A stretch of 64,000 nt of DNA. It comes from an uncultured delta proteobacterium (GTDB lineage Bacteria > Myxococcota_A > Polyangia > Polyangiales > Polyangiaceae). The stretch lies in assembly GCA_963841435.1 (NCBI GenBank), contig CAWJCS010000005.1, positions 672,001 through 736,000 of the forward strand, written 5' to 3'. The notes under the pieces were generated by a model. It was not told the DNA's origin, did no database searches, and was given only the letters and a program-made list of their open reading frames with translations. A program made the translations under genes and the position numbers. Positions 47,264 through 57,012 of this stretch are shown here, one piece after another. Position 1 is the first letter of the stretch. The number at the start of each line of letters is the position of its first letter.

Positions 47264-49384
47264 CTATCCCAGCGCCAAGCGGCCCTGACGGCCGAGCAGG
47301 CGCACCCAGAGGTCGAACATGACGCGCGTCATTGCGACGCCCGTGAAGAGGCTGCACACCACGCCGACGAGCAACGTCGCGGCAAAGCCTTTGATGGGCC
47401 CCGTGCCGTACTGGGCGAGCACCACGCCCGCAATCACGCTCGTCAGGTGTCCGTCGAAGATGGCGCTGAAGGCGCGTTTGTAGCCGATTTCCACGGCCGC
47501 TCGGGCCGACTTCCCGAGATCGAGCTCCTCACGAATACGCTCGTTGATGAGCACGTTCGCGTCCACGCTCATGCCGATCGTGAGCGCGAGACCGGCGATG
47601 CCGGGCAGGGTCATCGACGCACCGAGCGAGGCGAGCACCGCAAGCTGGAGGAACAGGTTCACCACCACCGCGATGTCGGCGATGAGGCCGGCGCGCGTGT
47701 AGTAGATGACCATGAAGATCAAGACGAGCACGCCGCCGCCGAGCGCGCCCTGCACGCCGAGGTCGATGGCGTCGCGCCCGAGCGATGGCCCGATGCGCTG
47801 CTCGTTGGACGGCGAGATGGGCGCGGGCAGCGCCCCCGAGCGCAGCACCAGCTCGAGCTTGCGGGCGTCGCGCAGCTGCACCTCGGGGTCGCTCGACCCC
47901 ATACTGATTTGCGCGTGACCGCCGGGGATGCGCGTCTGGATCACCGGCGCGCTCTCCACGCGCCCGTCGAGGATGATGGCGAAGCGCCGCTTGATGTTCT
48001 CGGCGGTGATGCGCTCGAAGATGCGGCCGCCCTGTTCGGTGAAGGTGAGCGCGACGTGCCAGCCGCCCAGCGAGCCCGTCCCCTGATCCGGCTGTGCTGC
48101 AGCGTCGCGCACCAGATCGCCAGTGACCTCGGCGCGCGCCTTGAGGAGGTAGGTGCGGTAGCCGACCTCTTCCTCCTTGAGCGTGACCTCGTCGACGGTC
48201 CGCCGTTCGATCTCGAAGCCGAGCTCGCGATCGGGCGGCAGCTCGAGCGTCGATGCCCATTCTTTGAGGCGCTGGAGCGTCTGCTGGCTCGTCTCCTTCG
48301 CGCCCTTCTTCAAAAACGCGTAGGTGACCTGACGGTGCTTCACGTCGGACGACTTGTCGAGGCCGACGCTCACGGACTCCGTGTAGAATTCGAGTCCTTC
48401 GGGCAGGCTGTCGGGCGACGCCTTCTCCTGGACCGTCTTCATGTAGTCGGAATCGTCGTCGAGTAGCTTGAACTCGAGGCGCGCGGTCTGGCTGATGATG
48501 TCGCGGATGTTGGCGAAGCTCTTTTCGTCCTCGCCGGGCACCTCGATGACGATGTCCTCGTCGCGAGTCGAGACGGCCGCCTCGCGCAAACCGAGCTCAT
48601 CGACGCGGCGGTTGATGATTTCACGCGCCTGGCCCACGGCGCGCTCGCGGATGCTGCTTTCGACGCTCGAGCGGATGCGAAACTCGTAGTCTCGCCCATC
48701 CGAGCGGCGCGTGTACGAAAGCTCGCTCGTGAAGTGGGAGAGGAAGCGCTGATCGATCTTGGAGGGGTCGACGTCGGGCCCGAGCGTCAGATGGATGATG
48801 CCTGCTGGGCGGCGGGGCGCCTCGAGCGTCACCTTCTCGCGGAGCTTCTTGTACGTCTCCTCGGTCGGCCGCTCGTCACCCTGGTGCAGGCCGAGCACGC
48901 GCGTGAGCTCGAGCCGCATGTCCTCGTAGTAGTGGTCCCGCTTGTCCTTGACGGCCTCTTCAACGTCGACCGTGTAGACCAGGCGCATGCCGCCGCGAAG
49001 GTCGAGCCCCGCGACGAGCCTGAAGCTCACGTGCTCTTGGACGTAAGCGGGGCACGGGATACGGCCGCCGCTCATGCTGTGGAACGTGGGCCAGAGCGCG
49101 AAGATGCCCATCGTGACGACGGAGACGCACAGCGAGGCACGCATGCGCCAGCTCAGATCCAGCACGTCGACGGCTGCAAAGGCCGCCGTGAACGCCATCA
49201 GCCCGAGCACGACCATCGGCCAGAAGCTGGCGACCCAGGCCGCCCCGGCCGCCGAGGCCGCAAGCACCGCAGCGAGCCACAGCGCGACGCGGTGCCCACG
49301 TGCGACCCCGCCCGCCACCAGCAACCCGAAGGCGATGGCACCGAGGATGGCGGTCAGGACCTGCGACGTGTCGAGCGCGGGCAT
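47264..49384 (-). CDS. secD: Protein translocase subunit SecD with extra N-terminal TM segments
   Basis: GLDLRGG, RRVDELG, LRSGALP, IGPSLG, TLPGIAG, GMSVDANVLINERIREE, GPIKGFA. Confidence 0.97.
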   Translation of the reverse strand: MPALDTSQVLTAILGAIAFGLLVAGGVARGHRVALWLAAVLAASAAGAAWVASFWPMVVLGLMAFTAAFAAVDVLDLSWRMRASLCVSVVTMGIFALWPTFHSMSGGRIPCPAYVQEHVSFRLVAGLDLRGGMRLVYTVDVEEAVKDKRDHYYEDMRLELTRVLGLHQGDERPTEETYKKLREKVTLEAPRRPAGIIHLTLGPDVDPSKIDQRFLSHFTSELSYTRRSDGRDYEFRIRSSVESSIRERAVGQAREIINRRVDELGLREAAVSTRDEDIVIEVPGEDEKSFANIRDIISQTARLEFKLLDDDSDYMKTVQEKASPDSLPEGLEFYTESVSVGLDKSSDVKHRQVTYAFLKKGAKETSQQTLQRLKEWASTLELPPDRELGFEIERRTVDEVTLKEEEVGYRTYLLKARAEVTGDLVRDAAAQPDQGTGSLGGWHVALTFTEQGGRIFERITAENIKRRFAIILDGRVESAPVIQTRIPGGHAQISMGSSDPEVQLRDARKLELVLRSGALPAPISPSNEQRIGPSLGRDAIDLGVQGALGGGVLVLIFMVIYYTRAGLIADIAVVVNLFLQLAVLASLGASMTLPGIAGLALTIGMSVDANVLINERIREELDLGKSARAAVEIGYKRAFSAIFDGHLTSVIAGVVLAQYGTGPIKGFAATLLVGVVCSLFTGVAMTRVMFDLWVRLLGRQGRLALG

Positions 49385-49390
49385 CGTTGC

Positions 49391-49783
49391 CTACCGCTTC
49401 TCCGCGGCGGCCTGCGTCTCGGGGCTGTCTTTGCCCAGGATACTCGAGCGAAGCACGTCGACCTTCACGCCTGGGGCGATTTCCACCTTCGCGACGCGCT
49501 CGCTCATTTCCAAAAACTTTCCGACGATCCCGCCCTGGAGCACGACGCGGTCGCCCTTGGCGAGACCGGAGAGCACTTTTTCCTGCTTCTTCTGCTGCGA
49601 CCGGCTGCTCCAGAACATGAGCAAGAGCAGCGGGGCGATCATCAGCAGCATGATCCACATGCCGCCGGGAGCCGGCTCGGACGGGGCGCCGCCGGCAGGC
49701 GCGGAGGGCTCGGGGTGGATCTCCCCCGGCTGGCGCCCGGGCGCCGGCGGAACGATCTGAGACAAGAGCGCGGCCGATGCCAA
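49391..49783 (-). CDS. yajC: Preprotein translocase subunit YajC (start uncertain)
   Basis: TM helix, QQKK, LAKGDRV...GGIVG, VEIAPGV; directly upstream of secD. Confidence 0.9.
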   Translation of the reverse strand: MASAALLSQIVPPAPGRQPGEIHPEPSAPAGGAPSEPAPGGMWIMLLMIAPLLLLMFWSSRSQQKKQEKVLSGLAKGDRVVLQGGIVGKFLEMSERVAKVEIAPGVKVDVLRSSILGKDSPETQAAAEKR

Positions 49784-49886
49784 GAGCGTGGGTCCGGGCT
49801 GAAAGCGCGGGGCCGGCCTATACCCAGAATCCACGACCCGCGCAAGGACGGTGGAGGCGTGCCACCAGAACGGCACCGGGCGGTGC

Positions 49887-49915
49887 TTGACAGCCCCTCG
49901 ACCGGGTTGTACTCC
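49887..49915 (+). promoter_or_regulatory. Sigma70-type promoter for tRNA-Val/thrS
   Basis: TTGACA-N17-TACTCC about 60 nt upstream of the tRNA. Confidence 0.6.
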
Positions 49916-49974
49916 CTCTAGCCTGTTTTCCGGGAGATTCAGAGTTACGGCGGCCGAACGGGCCGCTGACCCGC

Positions 49975-50049
<75 letters not shown>

Positions 50050-50122
50050 CCTGGGAAGGCAGAGAAAACAACCGGATGCGCCCCCGCACGGGCCTCGCCG
50101 CCCGCTCGCGCACCACCACGGC

Positions 50123-52096
50123 ATGATCGCTGAGCCTGCGCGCAAGACGCCAGGCGAGCTGCTGAGGGAGCGCGGTCAGCTCGCCGACGACATCGTGGCC
50201 GTCCGTACGGGTGGTCGGGTCGTCGACCTGCACACGCCGGTCGCCACCGATGCCGAGCTCGTCCCGGTCCGTGCGAGCGAGCCCGACGGGCTTCGAGTGC
50301 TCAGGCACTCGGCCGCGCACGTGATGGCCGACGCCGTGCAGCGCCTCTTCCCCGGCACGCAGGTGACGATCGGCCCCGCGATCGATTCCGGCTTCTACTA
50401 CGACTTCGATCGCCCGAGCGGTCCGTTCACCGACGCCGACCTCGCGGCGATCGAAGTGGAGATGCACGCGATCATCGCGGCGAAGAAGCCCTTTTTCCGT
50501 GTCGAGGTCAGCCGCAGCGCGGCGCACGAGCTGTTCGAGGGCATGGGCGAGAAATTCAAGCTCGAGGTGCTCGACGCCATTCCGGGCGACGAGGCGATCT
50601 CGCTCTACCGCCACGGCAGCCCGGGGCGGCCGGAAGGCACCTGGGTCGATCTCTGCGAGGGCCCCCACGTGCCCGACACGGGCCACATCGGGGCCGTGAA
50701 GCTGCTTTCGGTGGCGGGCGCCTATTGGCGCGGCAGCGAGAAGAACCCGATGCTCCAGCGCATCTACGGGACGGCGTTTCCGGATCAGGCGAAGCTCGAC
50801 GAGCACCTGAAGCTGCTCGAGGAAGCGCGCGCCCGCGACCACAGAAAGCTCGGCAAGGAGCTCGAGCTCTTCATGTTCCACGAGTGGGCGCCGGGCATGC
50901 CCTTCCTCTTGCCGCGCGGCGCGGGGATCTACCACCGTCTGATCGAATATCTCCGCGGGCTCTACCTCGAGCACGGCTACGAGGAAGTGATCACCCCGCA
51001 GATCTTCGACAAGCGTCTGTTCGAAACCAGCGGCCACATCCCGAACTTCGTCGAGGGCCTCTACTTTCCGACGACGGCCGATGCCCTGCACGAGCACGGC
51101 GCCGAGCCCTTCGGCGAGGGCGCCGCCGTCGCCGAGCACGCGGCGCTCGGCTTCGGCCTCAAGCCGATGAACTGCCCTGGCCACTGTCTCCTGTTCGGGC
51201 ACCGGCGGCGCAGCTACCGTGAGCTGCCGTGGCGCGTGGCCGACTTCGGGCGGCTCCATCGCTACGAGCGCACGGGCGTGATGCACGGCCTCGCACGCGT
51301 CAGAAGCTTCTGCCAGGACGACGCGCACATCTTCTGCACCGACGATCAGATCGAGGCCGAAGCAACGTCGTTCATGCAGCTCGTGCGCGACGTCTACGCC
51401 GTGTTCGACCTGAAGCGGCTCGACATCAAGCTCGCGCTGCGCCCCGAGCATCGCATCGGGTCCGACGCGCTCTGGGACAAGGCGGAGGCGACCCTCGAGC
51501 GCGTGCTCCGTGCCGCGGACATGAGCTTCGAGACGATCGTGGGCGAAGGCGCCTTCTACGGCCCCAAGATCGAGTTCCACGTCGTTGACGCGCTGGGGCG
51601 AAGCTGGCAGCTCGGCACGATTCAGCTCGACTACTTCTTGCCGGAGCGCTTCGGGCTCGACTATGTCGCGAGCGACGGCGGGCTACGCCGGCCGGCAATG
51701 CTCCACCGCGCGGTGTTCGGCTCGCTCGAGCGGTTCTTCGCGATCTACGTCGAGCACGTCGCGGGAAAGTTCCCGACCTGGCTCGCCCCCGAGCAGGCCG
51801 TGCTCGTCACCGTGAGCGAGAAGCAGGCCGAATACGCCGAGCGCGTCCGGCGCGAGCTCGCCCAGCAAGGGTTGCGCGTGAGCGTCGACGCGGGGGCGGA
51901 GAAGCTCGGCGCCAAGATCCGCACCGCGCGGCTCATGCGCCACCCGTACATCGTCGTGCTCGGCGACAAGGAAGCCGCCGCGGGGACGCTCTCGCCGCGC
52001 TCGCGCGACGAAGGCGAGCTCGGCTCCCTCGCGATTGCCGAATTTGCCGCGCGTCTGCGCGCGGAAGCCAAGCCGCCCCGTCCGGGGGCAGGGTGA
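50123..52096 (+). CDS. thrS: Threonine--tRNA ligase
   Basis: RHSAAH, DLCEGPH, GAYWRG, RDHRKLG, KPMNCPGH, HRYE, GAFYGPK, WQLGTIQLD, MLHRA. Confidence 0.98.
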   Translation: MIAEPARKTPGELLRERGQLADDIVAVRTGGRVVDLHTPVATDAELVPVRASEPDGLRVLRHSAAHVMADAVQRLFPGTQVTIGPAIDSGFYYDFDRPSGPFTDADLAAIEVEMHAIIAAKKPFFRVEVSRSAAHELFEGMGEKFKLEVLDAIPGDEAISLYRHGSPGRPEGTWVDLCEGPHVPDTGHIGAVKLLSVAGAYWRGSEKNPMLQRIYGTAFPDQAKLDEHLKLLEEARARDHRKLGKELELFMFHEWAPGMPFLLPRGAGIYHRLIEYLRGLYLEHGYEEVITPQIFDKRLFETSGHIPNFVEGLYFPTTADALHEHGAEPFGEGAAVAEHAALGFGLKPMNCPGHCLLFGHRRRSYRELPWRVADFGRLHRYERTGVMHGLARVRSFCQDDAHIFCTDDQIEAEATSFMQLVRDVYAVFDLKRLDIKLALRPEHRIGSDALWDKAEATLERVLRAADMSFETIVGEGAFYGPKIEFHVVDALGRSWQLGTIQLDYFLPERFGLDYVASDGGLRRPAMLHRAVFGSLERFFAIYVEHVAGKFPTWLAPEQAVLVTVSEKQAEYAERVRRELAQQGLRVSVDAGAEKLGAKIRTARLMRHPYIVVLGDKEAAAGTLSPRSRDEGELGSLAIAEFAARLRAEAKPPRPGAG

Positions 52097-52151
52097 GGCA
52101 CAAAAACCTAGCGGGCCATCCGCCCGCGGAGAGGACGAGAGCGACACGTAC

Positions 52152-52952
52152 ATGCCTGTAGCAGGAGGCCGCCGCTTCAACCGGGACCCGCGAGGGCCCC
52201 AAATTCGCATCAACCACCGGATCCGCGTGCCGGAGGTGCGGGTCGTCGCCGAGGACGGCTCGAACCTCGGCGTGCTCTCCACCGAGCAGGCGCTCAGGCG
52301 AGCCCAGGAGGTAGGCCTCGATCTCGTCGAGGTGAACCCGAAGGCAACCCCGCCCGTCTGCAAGATCCTCGATTTCGGCAAATACAAGTACGAGGAAAAG
52401 AAGCGCCAGCGCGAAGCAAAGCGCAAGCAGACGATCGTCGAGGTGAAGGAGATCAAGATCCGGCCCAAGACGGACGACCACGACCTCGACGTGAAGCTCC
52501 GAGCGGCGCGAAAGTTCGTCGAAGCCGGCAACAAGGTCAAGATCGTGTGCCGCTTCCGCGGACGCGAGATCACCCACCCCGAGCGCGCCAGGATGCAGCT
52601 CGATGCCATCATCTCCAAGATGGAGGACCTCGTTAACGTCGAGCAGCGCCCGACCATGGAGGCGCGCACGATGGCCGTGCTCGTGGCGCCGAAGCCGATC
52701 GTGTTCCAGCGCCTCGCCAGCGAGCGCGCCCAAAAGGAGCGCGAACGAGGCAAAGACCAGCCGGACGGGTTCGACTCGGGCGAGGAGCACGACGACCAGG
52801 AGCACGACGAGGAGCTCCACGACGCGGACGACGCGGACGACGCGGACGACACGGACGACACGGACGACGCGGACGGCACGGACGGCGCGGAGGCCGCAGA
52901 GGCCGCGGAGGGCACGAAAGACGGAGACGCCGCCGACGGCAACGCGAGCTGA
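52152..52952 (+). CDS. infC: Translation initiation factor IF-3 with acidic C-terminal tail
   Basis: RIN..I...EVR, LDLVEV, PPVCKILDFGKYKYE, VKEIKIRP, FRGRE. Confidence 0.96.
   Translation: MPVAGGRRFNRDPRGPQIRINHRIRVPEVRVVAEDGSNLGVLSTEQALRRAQEVGLDLVEVNPKATPPVCKILDFGKYKYEEKKRQREAKRKQTIVEVKEIKIRPKTDDHDLDVKLRAARKFVEAGNKVKIVCRFRGREITHPERARMQLDAIISKMEDLVNVEQRPTMEARTMAVLVAPKPIVFQRLASERAQKERERGKDQPDGFDSGEEHDDQEHDEELHDADDADDADDTDDTDDADGTDGAEAAEAAEGTKDGDAADGNAS
52818..52890 (+). repeat. 9-nt tandem repeat (GAC-GAC-[G/A]CG)n encoding the DDA/DDT tail of IF-3
   Basis: About 8 imperfect copies directly visible. Confidence 0.8.
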
Positions 52953-52964
52953 GCGCTCGCGCGC

Positions 52965-54365
52965 TCAGTGGGGGATGAGACCGCCGAAGTAGGCGGCCGC
53001 GGCGGCAGCGATCGCCACGACGACCACGACGACGCCGATGAGGCCGCTCTTCTTCGATCGCCCGACGGCGCTCAGCACGTCCTCGGGCGGTGCGTCCACG
53101 GCGCTCGGAGAAGAGCCCGGCGGCGTCGGCAGCGGCGCCGTCGGTTGCAGCCCCGCGGGCGTCGGCCTGCGGGGCAGCGACGGGCCGTCGTCCTCGTCCT
53201 CGAGCGCGGCCAGGTTGCCGAGCTCGTAGCTCATCGGGGCGCGGTCCCGAGCCCGGGGCGGCTCAGCGGACATCTCGTCACCCCAGTTGTGCACGTCCTC
53301 GAACGAGCCGATGCTGACGGGCACGGCGCCGACCGTGCTCTTGCTGGCGCGGTCACCGCTTTCGAGCGAGGAGAACTCGAACAGCGCCTCGTCGATCAGC
53401 GAGCCGATGATCGCGCCCTTGTCGACCTTGTCCTTCTTCTTCTTCTGCCGCTCGCGCCAGATCGGTAGGACGAGCTGAGAAACGTCGAACGACGAGACGG
53501 CGCGACCGATCTGAAACAGGATCTGGTTGAGATCGCGGCCGAATTCGCGCGCAGTCTGGTAGCGCTTCGCTGGATCCTGCGTCAGGCTCTTCGCGAGCAC
53601 GCGCTCGAGCTCAGGGGGGACCTTCGGGTTGAATTGGCGAAGCGGCGGGATTTCCGCCCGCTGCACCATGCGCACCGTCTCGAGATCGGTGTCGCCGAGA
53701 AAGAGCCGCCGGCCGGCGAGCATCTCCCAGAGGATGATACCGACCGCGAACACGTCGGTGCGCGCGTCGACGGGCTGACCCTGGGCGGCTTCCGGCGACA
53801 GGTAGCTGAATTTTCCCTTGATGATGCCCGGCTCGCTGTGCTCGAGCTGGCTGTTCGCCTTGGCGAGACCAAAGTCCACGATTTTCACTTCACCGAACCG
53901 CGTGAGCAGCACGTTCGGCGGAGACATGTCGCGGTGCACGATGTGCAGGTTGCGGCCCTTGCTGTCGGTGAGCTCGTGGGCGTAGGCGAGGCCCTCGCAG
54001 ATGCGCACGCAGATGAGCGTCGCCTCCTCGACGGGGAACGGCTTGCCGCCCTTCTTCCGGTGCTCGATGACACCCTTGAGGTCGGAGCCGTCCACGAACT
54101 CCATGACGATGAAGTACGTGTTGTCGCCGACGCCGATGTCGAAGACCTGCACGCAGTTCGAATGGGAGAGGTGTGCCGACACGCGCGCCTCGTCGAGGAA
54201 CATCCCGATGAACTGCTTCTTCTCCGACAGGTGCGGCAGGACGCGCTTGATGGCGACGAGCTTCTTGAACCCCTCGAGGCCGGCGCTCTCGGCCCGGAAC
54301 ACCTCGGCCATGCCCCCCGCAGCGATGCGCTCGAGCACCTTGTAGCGCTGGGCGGGTTGGGCCAT
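52965..54365 (-). CDS. Hanks-type Ser/Thr protein kinase with C-terminal TM helix
   Basis: GGMAEV, VAIK, HRDMSPPN, DFG, YLSPE, DVFAVG. Confidence 0.96.
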   Translation of the reverse strand: MAQPAQRYKVLERIAAGGMAEVFRAESAGLEGFKKLVAIKRVLPHLSEKKQFIGMFLDEARVSAHLSHSNCVQVFDIGVGDNTYFIVMEFVDGSDLKGVIEHRKKGGKPFPVEEATLICVRICEGLAYAHELTDSKGRNLHIVHRDMSPPNVLLTRFGEVKIVDFGLAKANSQLEHSEPGIIKGKFSYLSPEAAQGQPVDARTDVFAVGIILWEMLAGRRLFLGDTDLETVRMVQRAEIPPLRQFNPKVPPELERVLAKSLTQDPAKRYQTAREFGRDLNQILFQIGRAVSSFDVSQLVLPIWRERQKKKKDKVDKGAIIGSLIDEALFEFSSLESGDRASKSTVGAVPVSIGSFEDVHNWGDEMSAEPPRARDRAPMSYELGNLAALEDEDDGPSLPRRPTPAGLQPTAPLPTPPGSSPSAVDAPPEDVLSAVGRSKKSGLIGVVVVVVAIAAAAAAYFGGLIPH

Positions 54366-54530
54366 CGACGATCGTCCACCACGCCCCAGGTGGGCGCGGC
54401 CAAAGAGCCTAAGGCCCCGGCTCCACGACGGTCAAGCGAGGGGGCGCTTCGCGGGGGCAGCCGGGAGACGCGAGAACGCGGAAACGTTCGCTTGACCCCT
54501 CGAAACGAACGTAGAAAGACTCCCTCCGCG

Positions 54531-54953
54531 ATGAGCGATCCGAGTCACCACGGCCCGAGCGGGGCGAGCGCCGGACACGACGACCATCACTACGACGGCA
54601 TTCCGACGAACGAGCCCGGTCCGGGCGAGCCGCGCACGCCGGGCTGGCTCACACTCCTCGGAGTGGTCCTCGTGCTGGGCCTCCTCTTCGCACTCGCACT
54701 GGGGAGCCCCGAGGGCGAGAAGACGGCCGTCGCGGCCGCCTCGCCGGACACGACAACGACGGCGGCCGCCGAAGCGCCGGCACCGCCGGCGCCGCCCGTG
54801 CGCCGGCCGCCACCCGCCATGCCCAATGGCACCGCGCCGCGTCCCGTCCCCATGCTGAGCGCGTTCCCCCGCGTGCCGCGTCCGCCGGGCGCGCCCCGTC
54901 CGGGACCGCGTCCGCCGCGCGCCCCAAATGCCCGTCCTCCCGCCGCCCAATAG
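54531..54953 (+). CDS. Small single-pass membrane protein (His-rich N-terminus, Pro-rich C-terminus)
   Basis: MSDPSHHG..HDDHHYDG, EPRTPGWL followed by a TM helix. Confidence 0.6.
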   Translation: MSDPSHHGPSGASAGHDDHHYDGIPTNEPGPGEPRTPGWLTLLGVVLVLGLLFALALGSPEGEKTAVAAASPDTTTTAAAEAPAPPAPPVRRPPPAMPNGTAPRPVPMLSAFPRVPRPPGAPRPGPRPPRAPNARPPAAQ

Positions 54954-55025
54954 CGCGTGGTCCGAGCGGGCAGCCGGCCCTCGCCTTTGTGCTCGGGCTG
55001 TGCAAGGCTCCCGCTCCCTTTTCCC

Positions 55026-55098
55026 GGGGCCGTAGCTCAGCTGGGAGAGCGCATGACTGGCAGTCATGAGGTCTGGGGTTCGATCCCCCACGGCTCCA
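55026..55098 (+). tRNA. tRNA-Ala(GGC), CCA not encoded
   Basis: GGGGCCG/CGGCTCC acceptor with G3:U70, anticodon arm CATGA-CTGGCAG-TCATG, TTCGATC T loop; followed by CCC. Confidence 0.95.
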
Positions 55099-55111
55099 CC
55101 CCGTCACCGCT

Positions 55112-56131
55112 TCACGCGGTGCGCGAGGCCGTCGCGAGGCGCACGCCGAGCTCGATGGCGTGCATCATGCCGCGCGGATCGGCCTTTCGCTGCCAGGCGA
55201 TGTCGTAGGCAGTGCCGTGGTCCACGCTCGTGCGCACGATCGAAAGGCCCATCGTGACGTTCACCGCCTCACCGAAGGCCACGAGCTTCATCGGGATGGT
55301 CGCCTGGTCGTGGTACATCGCGACGACGCCGTCGTAGACGCCGGCGCGCGCCTTGCGAAAGGCCGTCTCGGCACCGAGCGGCCCCGTGATCTCGAGGCGT
55401 GCCGAGCGCCGGCGGGCCCGCGCGACACCCGGCGCGATCGCGCGGCGCTCCTCGGCTCCGAACATCTCGCCCTCGCCGGCGTGCGGGTTGAGCGACGCCA
55501 CGACGATCTTCGGGTGGCGATGGCCGAGCCGCTCGAGCAATCTGCCGAGCTCCACGGTGGCGAGCGCCACGCGCGCTGGCGTGAGGAGCGAGGGCACCTT
55601 CGCGAGCGGCACGTGCGTCGTCACGAGGCTCGTCGCGAGCCCGCCGCCGACGAAGCACATCACGCTCCCGCGCGCGTGATCGAGGCGCTCGAGCCATTCG
55701 GTGTGTCCCGTGAACCGCTTGGCGTCGGGAGCGCCCGAGGTGGCGACGGCATGCTTGCTCACGGGCCCCGTGACGAGCGCGCTTCTCGGCGTGCGCACGG
55801 CGAGCTGGTACGCCGCGTTCACGGCGAGAAGCTGTGCGGCCCCCGCCTGACGCCCGGGACGCCCGGGACGCCGGGCGGCACGTGGCAACGGCGGCCCCGC
55901 CTGCACCACGCCGATGCTGCCGGGTTGCGGCGGTGAGCCGTCGAAGGGCGTGAGGCGACGCTCGGCCACGCGGACGAGCGCCGCGGCCTCGAGCAGCGTG
56001 CCGATGTCGCCCACGATCACGGTGGGCACGCCGCGCAGGCGTGCCGCGGCCAGGACGCTCACCTCGGGGCCGATTCCCGAGGGGCACCCCATCGACACGA
56101 TCGCCATGGTCCTCGACGCGCGCTTGGCCAT
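55112..56131 (-). CDS. pdxA: 4-hydroxythreonine-4-phosphate dehydrogenase
   Basis: GIGPE, TGPVSK, FTGHTE, TTHVPL, LNPHAGE, MYHDQ, RTSVDHGTAYDIA. Confidence 0.96.
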   Translation of the reverse strand: MAKRASRTMAIVSMGCPSGIGPEVSVLAAARLRGVPTVIVGDIGTLLEAAALVRVAERRLTPFDGSPPQPGSIGVVQAGPPLPRAARRPGRPGRQAGAAQLLAVNAAYQLAVRTPRSALVTGPVSKHAVATSGAPDAKRFTGHTEWLERLDHARGSVMCFVGGGLATSLVTTHVPLAKVPSLLTPARVALATVELGRLLERLGHRHPKIVVASLNPHAGEGEMFGAEERRAIAPGVARARRRSARLEITGPLGAETAFRKARAGVYDGVVAMYHDQATIPMKLVAFGEAVNVTMGLSIVRTSVDHGTAYDIAWQRKADPRGMMHAIELGVRLATASRTA

Positions 56132-56166
56132 CGAAGAAAGCGTAGCACCGGGCCCAGCGGGACCCC

Positions 56167-57012
56167 TCAGCCTTCGCTGGCCTCAACGTCCCGGCTGCGC
56201 GACGATGAGTCGTCGGCGTCGGGGGCACGCAGCTTGTAGCCGGAGCCCCGCAGGGTCTCGAGGGGCAAGGCCGGGCCGAGCTTCGCGCGCAGGCGGCGCA
56301 CGTGGATGTCAACGGTACGCGGACCGCCCTCGTAGCGGTTGCCCCACACGCGCGCGAGCAAGTGTTCGCGCGAGAGCACCTTGCCGCGCCGCTCGCAGAG
56401 GTACGCGAGCAGCGCGAACTCCTTCGCGGTGAGCGGTACGGAGCGGCCGTCAACGTAAACCTCGTGGCCGGCCTTGTCGACGACGATGCCGGCAACCTTG
56501 TGCCGCTCCTCCGTCGCAAACTCGCTACGCCGCCACTCGAGCGCGCGAATGCGCCCGTAGAGCTCCTCCGGCACGTAGGGGTGCAACACGAAGTCGTCGA
56601 AGCCGCTCGACGGTTCGATGCGCGCGATCTGCCCGACGGTCACGGCAATGATCGCTCCCACGTTGTCGAAGTAGGGCTCTTTGCGCACCGCGCGTAGCGC
56701 TGCCACCGCGAGGTCCGGTCGATCGAGAGCTTCGAAAACGAGTGCACGGGGGCGAATCTCGAGCTCGTCGTCGTCGTCGTCGATGAGATTGACCGGATCG
56801 TCCCACAGGTCCAGCGTGCGCACGGTGGAGCCGAGCTGGCGCAGCGTGGTCGCCGCGCCCTCCTCGCGCTCGAGCATCGGACCGTGCCCCACGACGGCCA
56901 CGAAGCTCTTCGGTCGACCCAGGGCTTTATCGAGTGATTTCGGTGCCGCCAACGGTAATCCGCCCGATTTTGAGGGTTGGGCAGCCGACTCCGACGGGTA
57001 CGCTCTGTCCAT
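56167..57012 (-). CDS. OmpR/PhoB-family regulator with atypical (GlnR-like) receiver; start uncertain (57036, 57012 or 56952)
   Basis: LTAKEFALL, SREHLL..VWG, RTVDIHVRRLRAKLG, TLRGSGY; the receiver lacks the canonical Asp and Lys. Confidence 0.88.
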   Translation of the reverse strand: MDRAYPSESAAQPSKSGGLPLAAPKSLDKALGRPKSFVAVVGHGPMLEREEGAATTLRQLGSTVRTLDLWDDPVNLIDDDDDELEIRPRALVFEALDRPDLAVAALRAVRKEPYFDNVGAIIAVTVGQIARIEPSSGFDDFVLHPYVPEELYGRIRALEWRRSEFATEERHKVAGIVVDKAGHEVYVDGRSVPLTAKEFALLAYLCERRGKVLSREHLLARVWGNRYEGGPRTVDIHVRRLRAKLGPALPLETLRGSGYKLRAPDADDSSSRSRDVEASEG

